From Halomicronema hongdechloris C2206 (GTDB lineage: Bacteria > Cyanobacteriota > Cyanobacteriia > Phormidesmidales > Phormidesmidaceae), in contig NZ_CP021983.2 of assembly GCF_002075285.3 (NCBI RefSeq), forward strand, positions 870,001 through 902,000: DNA of 32,000 bases, written 5' to 3'. This document shows positions 7,797 through 14,096 of this stretch, piece by piece. A program made the position numbers and the translations under genes. How positions within the stretch are numbered: the first letter of the stretch is position 1; the number at the start of each line of letters is the position of its first letter. The notes under the pieces are model-generated. The model ran no database searches. It saw only the letters and a list, made by a program, of their open reading frames with translations, and was not told the DNA's origin.

Positions 7797-8006
7797 TTAA
7801 GCCTGATCCGCTGACTTTAAAGCTTGCATTAACGTAGCGCCCGCCCCAAAGCTGTTGTAGGGGGTCGGCAAATCATAGGTTTTGAAGGGTTCCAAGGGCG
7901 AGACATCCTCTGCTGCTTCTAGATCCTCTGCCAAAATCCGAATCAGCTTAAGTTTTTCTGTGATAGAGAGTTGTCGAATGGCGGGAAGAACATCAATAAG
8001 AGTCAT
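7797..8006 (-). CDS. small antitoxin-like protein ('addiction module component'-like N-terminus)
   Basis: 69 aa. MTLIDVLPAIRQLSITEKLKLIRILAEDLE resembles the helical N-terminus of putative addiction-module antitoxin components. Its stop lies 5 nt before the protease start. Confidence 0.55.
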   Translation of the reverse strand: MTLIDVLPAIRQLSITEKLKLIRILAEDLEAAEDVSPLEPFKTYDLPTPYNSFGAGATLMQALKSADQA

Positions 8007-8172
8007 TTTTCAATGTCTAGGATAAAAAACTGTTAGCTCTTCAAGTCTAGCCAATTTTGTGCTGGCTCGGTCGGACACCGAGCAACCTTCAGCGATTTTT
8101 CAATACTACAGAGAAATATCTAGTTCCTCCTCCTTACACAGGTTTTGGCTTTCACGGTCTAACTCTATGTTT

Positions 8173-8382
8173 TCAACGCCGATTTCTATTACGTTCCGTC
8201 ACCCTAAAATAGGTCTCTATCATTGACGAAAGAAAAGCGACAATTATGAAGATACCTCCACAAATTACGCCAAACCATAAATTTGACTGAGATGTTAAGC
8301 CTCCATGAAAAATTATTGCCCCCGCAAGAAGCACAAACTGTGGTTCGAGTTCTTTTCTCATCATCAATTTCCCAAAGAACAA
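8173..8382 (-). CDS. hypothetical small membrane peptide (weak call; TTG start, alternative ATG at 8364)
   Basis: This is the only minus-strand ORF between two GTTAGACCG boxes (8418-8410 and 8163-8155). It has two hydrophobic stretches, lies in AT-rich sequence and matches no recognisable family. Confidence 0.3.
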   Translation of the reverse strand: MFFGKLMMRKELEPQFVLLAGAIIFHGGLTSQSNLWFGVICGGIFIIVAFLSSMIETYFRVTERNRNRR

Positions 8383-8409
8383 AAAACAATCGCTGAGAAT
8401 CTGAATCGT

Positions 8410-8588
8410 CGGTCTAACTTGTAATTGATCAGCATTACCTCCCTCGAAGCGGTCTAATCCACCTCTGCGGAGGTATTATCTACCATTCGTGCTAGATAAT
8501 ACTCCTCAGGGAAGATATAGCCAGCAGAAAACCGGTCTAATCACCCGATTGAGGGGGGTATCCATCATCTATGCAATCTAATCACCCT
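8410..8588 (-). repeat. direct-repeat array of the integrase-box-like motif CGGTCTAA(C/T)
   Basis: Plus-strand copies: CGGTCTAAC at 8410-8418, CGGTCTAATC at 8450-8459 and at 8533-8542, and ATCTAATC at 8576-8583. TCTAATCACCC is repeated at 8537-8547 and 8578-8588. The same 8-mer also occurs at 8155-8162 and, inverted, at 5410-5417 and 7375-7382. Confidence 0.7.
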
Positions 8589-8743
8589 AAATCCAGGGAT
8601 TAGGCGGCTAGAAAGCTCGATAAGATCCCAATCAGGGGTGTTATCCAGCACTTGACGCAGATAATAGCCTTGAAACGGTGAGTTATCCGGCTAACTTCAG
8701 CAAAACTTTATTTAGAGTATGGATATATTCCAGTGTGATATTT

Positions 8744-8757
8744 AGTACACTAGTCCT
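8744..8757 (+). promoter_or_regulatory. candidate cyanobacterial LexA-type operator overlapping the putative intI promoter
   Basis: AGTACACTAGTCCT differs at one position from my recollection of the cyanobacterial LexA box RGTACNNNDGTWCB. It lies just downstream of an extended -10-like TGTGATATT (8734-8742) and 24 nt upstream of the intI ATG. Confidence 0.25.
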
Positions 8758-8780
8758 ACTCATGTGTCTGCTACTCACCC

Positions 8781-9746
8781 ATGGAACCCCGACCTAGGAA
8801 GCTGCTCGACCAGGTTCGAGATGCTATTCGGCTGAAACATTATTCCTATAAAACTGAGCAGACCTACGTAGGTTGGATTCGTCGCTATATCCTTTTCCAC
8901 AACAAGCAGCATCCCAAGGAAATGGGTAGTGCTGAGATTGAGGCATTCTTGACTCATCTCGCTGTTGAACAGCAGGTGTCAGCCTCGACTCAAAATCAGG
9001 CATTCAGTGCTCTGCTGTTTTTATACCGTCAGGTCTTGAACCAAGACTTAGGTAGCTCTATCAATGCTGTCCGGGCTAGGCCATCCCGGTATTTGCCAAC
9101 GGTGCTCACCAAGGCTGAGGTGAGATCAATACTCAGCCGGGTGACTAAGAGTCCCGGCCTCGTGATTCAGATACTCTACGGTAGTGGCTTACGGCTCAAT
9201 GAAGGATTGCGGCTACGCGTCAAAGATTTGGATTTTGCCCAGCGTCAAATTATCGTCCGTGATGCCAAAGGCCACGAAAGTCGAGTCACAATGCTCCCAA
9301 GCAGTTTGATTGACCCTCTACGGCAGCATCTACAGCATGTGAGGCGGCTTCATCAGCATGATTTAGACCGGGGGTATGGTTCGGTTTATCTTCCCTTTGC
9401 ATTAGAACGCAAATATCCCTATGCCGATCGCGCCTGGATTTGGCAATTTGTATTTCCGTCTCTATCAAGATCCAAAGATCCGCGCAGTGGGCTGGTTAGA
9501 CGACACCATCTACATGAAAGTAGCGTGCAGCGAACGCTCAAACAGGCAGTTCGGGAGGCCGGTATCCCAAAACGAGTCAGTTGTCATACGTTTCGACACA
9601 GTTTTGCCACCCACCTGCTTGAAGATGGCTACGACATTCGCACTGTGCAGGAACTGCTAGGGCACAAGGATGTAAAGACGACTATGATTTATACCCACGT
9701 GCTGAATCGAGGTGGGTGTGGGGTACGTAGTCCGCTGGATGGGTAG
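8781..9746 (+). CDS. intI: integron integrase (IntI-type tyrosine recombinase)
   Basis: 321 aa. It is collinear with IntI1 as I recall it: [50 protein letters not shown], the IntI-specific insertion [21 protein letters not shown]...[15 protein letters not shown], then [52 protein letters not shown]. Catalytic R, HxxR and Y residues are all present. Confidence 0.93.
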   Translation: MEPRPRKLLDQVRDAIRLKHYSYKTEQTYVGWIRRYILFHNKQHPKEMGSAEIEAFLTHLAVEQQVSASTQNQAFSALLFLYRQVLNQDLGSSINAVRARPSRYLPTVLTKAEVRSILSRVTKSPGLVIQILYGSGLRLNEGLRLRVKDLDFAQRQIIVRDAKGHESRVTMLPSSLIDPLRQHLQHVRRLHQHDLDRGYGSVYLPFALERKYPYADRAWIWQFVFPSLSRSKDPRSGLVRRHHLHESSVQRTLKQAVREAGIPKRVSCHTFRHSFATHLLEDGYDIRTVQELLGHKDVKTTMIYTHVLNRGGCGVRSPLDG

Positions 9747-9846
9747 CTGTGCTAGTTAGCCTGTAATTGTTGAGTCGGTGGGACCAACATACAATAGAAC
9801 CACACCTCAATAGGTTGCCTGTTGCCTGCTGGAACAGAGCCGTCCC

Positions 9847-10046
9847 ATGGTCCACTTTCAGCCCTATCTCCTGACTGCCCGTGACTTTATTTATCGCTAC
9901 TTTATTTATCGCTATGGCGATGCCTCTCAGTACGAACTAATTGATGGGGAGTGCATTGGCTTGGAACTGACTGGAATCCATGAGCAGGTCGCGGGCTTTA
10001 TCGGGCGAAAGTTGAACGTTGCCATTGATCAGCAAGATCACCCCTA
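9847..10046 (+). pseudogene. Uma2-family (DUF820) endonuclease-like fragment, run into by an IS630 element
   Basis: SQYELIDGECIGLE...TGIHEQVAGFIGRKL resembles the N-terminal third of Uma2-family proteins. Even with the IS removed, the frame stops after about 70 codons. Confidence 0.4.
9886..9915 (+). repeat. 15-bp tandem duplication
   Basis: tttatttatcgctac followed by tttatttatcgctat (14/15 identical), encoding FIYRY-FIYRY inside the Uma2-like fragment. Confidence 0.9.
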
Positions 10047-11205
10047 TAGCAATCCCATTTAATTCATGAAAAGCTTCCGTACATGTGGAGTTTGGGGAAA
10101 TCCAAAGATATCTAGTCTAAAGAACTGCTCAAATAGCGCTTTGAGGGCTGAAAAACAGGGCTTTAAGCCCGACATCCGTCGTAACCAGATCTTCGCCTGC
10201 AACCAGGCATCTTCAATTGGGTTTTGACTGGGATCATTGGGCGCAAACTGGACACAGTGGAGCTTCCAGTCCTCCGGGGCCAATCCCGCATTTACCTCCG
10301 CCAGAAAGGCTCGTAAGTCGTGGGAACGATGGTAACTCGCTCCATCCCAAAGAATCAGCAAGCGCTGACCAGGAAATTGGGGTTGCAAACACTGGAGATA
10401 GGCAATGGTTTCGGTGGTGTCCCCTTTGGCATGGGCCTGAATCACCAGGCGTTTTCTGAGCAGATCCAGTGACCCGTAGTAGGTTTGACGGTCCCGTTCA
10501 TTCACGATGGGCATCTCAATCCGCTCATCGGTGCGGCCCCAGACATATCCTTGCAAGTCGCCACTGAGCCAATGAGACTCATCGACCAACAGAACTCTCA
10601 GGCGTCCGGCTTCAATCTCCTCCCGGTAGCGCGCCAACAACCGTCGGATTTCGACTTTTTTGCGGCCACCGCCTTGGCATCGGCTTTGGGATTGACTTTA
10701 CTGGTCTTTTTTCAACTGATGCCAGCCGCCTTAAACAAGTCGTAGTAGCTTTGCTTGGACTCATACACGACATCGTAATGTTCAGCCAGATGCGACTCTA
10801 ATTCGCTTAACTCCCAGATCTTCTTCGTTCGTAACCATTGCAGGACGGCTTCCTTGGCCTCTGGGGTTAGATAACTCTGACGTCCTTTATGTTGGGGCCG
10901 AAAGCCAGCGAGACCTTCCCGTTCATAGACCTGTTTCCATTTGCTTAGGGCCCCAACGAGACATCCAAAATCGCGATGATGGCTTCGTAAGTGTAATCCT
11001 GATAAATCAGTTTGACGGCGAGCACTTTTTTCACTTGACGACCATCCCGCTCAGTGCGGATGAAGGTTTTGAGCTCTTCTATCGCAGTCGTTTTTTTTGG
11101 CCGATTCGGACAGAGCAACAGGCATCGGGAAAGACCTCAGTAGCCTAGTTTAGGTAGCTTCCGTAATTATACTGAGATGTCTTCACAAATCATTCCGGAT
11201 TGCTA
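10047..11205 (-). mobile_element. IS630-family insertion sequence (decayed)
   Basis: Terminal inverted repeats TAGCAATCC (10047-10055) and GGATTGCTA (11197-11205), flanked by TA on each side (10045-46 and 11206-07), which is the IS630 target duplication. Length is 1159 bp. Confidence 0.8.
10059..11125 (-). pseudogene. IS630-family transposase with multiple frameshifts
   Basis: The DDE_3-type C-terminal part is intact in ORF 10059..10640 (LLVDESH...ILWDGASYHRS...FAPNDPSQNPIEDAW). The N-terminal HTH part (MPVALSESAKK / TTAIEELKTFIRTERDGRQVKK / LSKWKQVYEREGLAGFRPQHKGRQSYLTPE... / KTSKVNPKADAKAVAAKK) is spread over three frames. The shifts occur at homopolymer runs, for example T8 at 11091-11098 and T6 at 10655-10660. 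Confidence 0.8.
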
Positions 11206-11274
11206 TATTACAACCACTAAATCACTGAATTGACCATCTCTATTGCTAGAGTTTTACGTTATGGGTATCGCGGC

Positions 11275-12636
11275 TTACAGGGACCGCGCCCCACAGGTGT
11301 GAACAAACCGAGTCACCATCTCAGGACAGCCGCCCCAGTGCAGATGCACATAGGAAGCTTGCAAATGGCCCCGATGCCAGCCCTCATTCCCCAGGCTGGT
11401 CGTGGCATCGTAGCGGCGCAAACGATACAAGGGCGCCTCCGGGGATTGCAACAGCTGGGAGCGATGGAATTCATGGCCCCACACCTGGACTCCCTGGGGT
11501 AACAGCAGGCTATCTTGCAAGGCCGTCGCCTGGCGATAGCCCAGGGTCAATCGTGTGCCCATCTGTACGGTGGTGGGCAAGACCCCCACCATGGGCCAAC
11601 GGCGACCGTCAAAGTCAATGATGCGATCGCACAGATACATCAGCCCACCACACTCCCCATAGGTCGGCAGCCCTCTGGCTACGGCCTCCTGTACCTGCTG
11701 CCGCAGCCTGCAATTATGGGATAGCTCTTCAGCAAATACCTCCGGAAAGCCGCCGCCGAAGTACAGTCCCTGGATATCATCCGGCAGGGTCTGATCCTGC
11801 AGTGGGCTCCAATACACCACCTCGGCCCCGGCTTGCTGCAGTAAAGCCAGATTATCAGGATAGTAAAAGCTAAAGGCCCGATCCCAGGCCACCGCGATCC
11901 GCGCCGATGCTAACGGCTGGGGCAGGTTATCTAAGGGAGCTTCAGGAATCTCCCTCGGCGGCTGACGCCACCACGGTTCCAACTGCTGCCAAGCAAAACA
12001 TTGCTGACCCAGAACCGCCAAGCGTTGCAAGATCTGCCGCAGCTGGGGGAGTTCATCGGTCGGCACCAACCCCAGATGGCGATCGGGAATGGTGATATCG
12101 TCCTGACGCCGCAACACTCCCAAGATGGGCATTGAGATTCGATCTAGAGCCGCCCTCAGCAGGGCCAGATGCCGCTCACTCCCCACCCGATTCAGCACCA
12201 CCCCAGCCATCTTGAGACCAGGGTCTAAACTGCGGTAACCATGGGCCAAGGCCGCCACCGACCCAGCCAGACGACTAGCATCCAGCACCAGCAGCACCGG
12301 CAATTCCAACAGGCGAGCAATGTGGGCCGTACTGGCCCAATCGGTGACGCCAGTAGCGCCATCAAAGAGCCCCATGACTCCCTCGATCAGGGCATAGGGC
12401 CTATCCCTAGTGTGTTCCCCATATACCCACCGTACATAGGCTTCTGAAGTCAAGACCGGATCCAAGTTATAGCAGGGGCGATTCGTCACCTGGCGGTGAA
12501 ACATAGGATCGATATAGTCCGGCCCCACCTTAAACGACTGCACCCGCCGCCCCTGTTCCCTCAGAGCCGCCAGCAATGCCAGCGTCACGGTGGTCTTGCC
12601 CACTCCACTGCGTTCCCCCGCGATGACCAATCCCAT
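11275..12636 (-). CDS. cbiA: cobyrinate a,c-diamide synthase
   Basis: 453 aa. It has an N-terminal P-loop (GERSGVGKTT) and a C-terminal glutamine amidotransferase-like domain (YGECGGLMYL), the CbiA/CobB architecture. Confidence 0.9.
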   Translation of the reverse strand: MGLVIAGERSGVGKTTVTLALLAALREQGRRVQSFKVGPDYIDPMFHRQVTNRPCYNLDPVLTSEAYVRWVYGEHTRDRPYALIEGVMGLFDGATGVTDWASTAHIARLLELPVLLVLDASRLAGSVAALAHGYRSLDPGLKMAGVVLNRVGSERHLALLRAALDRISMPILGVLRRQDDITIPDRHLGLVPTDELPQLRQILQRLAVLGQQCFAWQQLEPWWRQPPREIPEAPLDNLPQPLASARIAVAWDRAFSFYYPDNLALLQQAGAEVVYWSPLQDQTLPDDIQGLYFGGGFPEVFAEELSHNCRLRQQVQEAVARGLPTYGECGGLMYLCDRIIDFDGRRWPMVGVLPTTVQMGTRLTLGYRQATALQDSLLLPQGVQVWGHEFHRSQLLQSPEAPLYRLRRYDATTSLGNEGWHRGHLQASYVHLHWGGCPEMVTRFVHTCGARSL

Positions 12637-12639
12637 AGG

Positions 12640-12918
12640 CTATGCCATTAATCGGCGGATCATGGTGAAAAAGATGGGATCCGGCAACACCTTTCGCAAC
12701 CCCAGCAACAATCCGGCATTGCCCCCAGCGGTGTAGCGTAACCACCAAGAACCGTCGGTGGCAGCCCGATAAATGGCCTCAGCCGTTATCTCTGGAGACG
12801 ACCCCTCACTCTCCATCTGCATGGCTGCGGCCACTCGCCAACCCCGTTGCTGAAAGATTCCAGCCGTTGCCTGACCAATGCCCGAAGGGGCCCCTGTAAT
12901 CAAAACAGTTTTGTCCAC
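12640..12918 (-). pseudogene. short-chain dehydrogenase/reductase remnant lacking the catalytic core
   Basis: From the GTG at 12918: VDKTVLITGAPSGIGQATAGIFQQRGWRVAAAM (Rossmann TGxxxGIG). This joins directly to a C-terminal SDR-like tail (PEITAEAIYRAATDG...), and the roughly 150 aa containing YxxxK are absent. Confidence 0.5.
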
Positions 12919-13229
12919 TGATGATATTTCCCAAACGGGATGTCTGTATGGCAGTGATGTACAGGCGACACGATACCTCAGCCCCCACGGCGGCGTAGTT
13001 AGCCTCTTCGAGAGCAGCCCCTCCAAACCTAAAAGCATCCCCTGAGCAGAGTTCAAGGGGACGCTTGCTTGGCGCTATTGCCGACGGTGCCGGGCATCTA
13101 CTCCAAAACCGCTATTATTCTAAGCCATGCCGTACCTCATCAACGGTAAGGTGACCCGTGAGCCCCAGGAGGGCAACGAGGATTAGCGGGTGGCATAATC
13201 AAGCCACAGTGATTTATTCTCTAATCCTC

Positions 13230-13931
13230 ATGGAGGCCAGTGACCAAACAGCCCTACTCGATTATTTAGAACAGTTTCTGACCCCAGCTCGTCGGGCCAA
13301 GATCGATGCCGTGTTGGCTCAACGCACTCGCCATGTAGCCGTGGTCTTAGAAGATATCAACAGTCCCCACAATGCCAGCGCCGTCCTGCGTACCTGTGAT
13401 GCCATGGGGGTACAAGACATTCATATCATCGAGACCCACAACCGCTTCAAGGTTAATCAGGGGGTCACCATGGGCAGCAATAAGTGGTTAACGTTGCATC
13501 GGTACAATCGAGACGCCGCCAACAATACCCAGATCTGCTTTCAGCACCTGCGGCAACAGGGTTATCGCATCGCCGCCACCACGCCCCATCACCAAGCCTA
13601 TGTTCCCGAAGACATTCCCCTAGATCAAAAGCTTGCCGTAGTACTGGGCAGTGAAGTGAAGGGACTGTCTGACGATGCCCTGACCGAGGCCGACCTAACC
13701 TTGCAAATCCCGATGGTGGGCTTCAGTGAAAGCTTTAATATTTCTGTCAGTGCGGCCCTGTGTCTATATCCCATCACCCGGCGGTTGCGGGCTACTTCCT
13801 TAGCGTGGCAGCTAACACCAGCGCAGCAAGAGGCCATTCGTCTGGAATGGTATCGGGCCTCGCGGCGCTCCATTGATGAGTTGGAAAAACGCTTTTGGCA
13901 GCAACGACGGCAGGCAGCCGGGCCTTCTTAA
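13230..13931 (+). CDS. trmH: SpoU/TrmH-family RNA 2'-O-methyltransferase
   Basis: ORF 13158..13931 trimmed to the ATG at 13230. VAVVLEDINSPHNASAVLRTCDAMGVQDIHII, VLGSEVKGLS and IPMVGFSESFNISVSAAL are the three SPOUT motifs. Confidence 0.8.
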   Translation: MEASDQTALLDYLEQFLTPARRAKIDAVLAQRTRHVAVVLEDINSPHNASAVLRTCDAMGVQDIHIIETHNRFKVNQGVTMGSNKWLTLHRYNRDAANNTQICFQHLRQQGYRIAATTPHHQAYVPEDIPLDQKLAVVLGSEVKGLSDDALTEADLTLQIPMVGFSESFNISVSAALCLYPITRRLRATSLAWQLTPAQQEAIRLEWYRASRRSIDELEKRFWQQRRQAAGPS

Positions 13932-14096
13932 AGACATTGAACAACTCAGCTGAGAGCCCTGAAAGGCAGGCGTTCTATACCGGTGTTGGGAGAGCGCACT
14001 ACAGACCACTGGAGCCTGCGCGGCAAGACTGAATTGATCAGGACTCCCCCACTCCCCTACTCAGCCAGACGGTGCACAAATTCACGCCGTCCTGTA

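Larger units (their letters stand above)
8383..8780 (-). other. attI-proximal region of the integron (exact attI crossover not resolved)
   Basis: This is non-coding sequence between intI and the first cassette ORF. Candidate R boxes in cassette orientation are GTTAGCC (8695-8689, identical to the attC_A R' box) and GTTAGAC (8418-8412), plus direct repeats of ATTAGACC. Confidence 0.45.

Noticed and set aside
8032-8163. GTTAGCT (8032-8038) and GTCTAAC (8157-8163) as the two ends of an attC
   Set aside because: The box order is wrong on either strand (GTT... precedes ...AAC), and there is no complementarity between the flanks. The segment is better read as the 5' leader of the protease cassette.
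8157-8299. 143-nt attC for the first cassette, using GTTAAGC (8293-8299) as the R'' complement
   Set aside because: I could find no L-arm complementarity between the two flanks, and the region lies inside the only ORF of that segment.
9755-9761. GTTAGCC box 9 nt downstream of the intI stop
   Set aside because: It is a single 7-mer with no partner box or palindrome, and several chance occurrences are expected in 32 kb.
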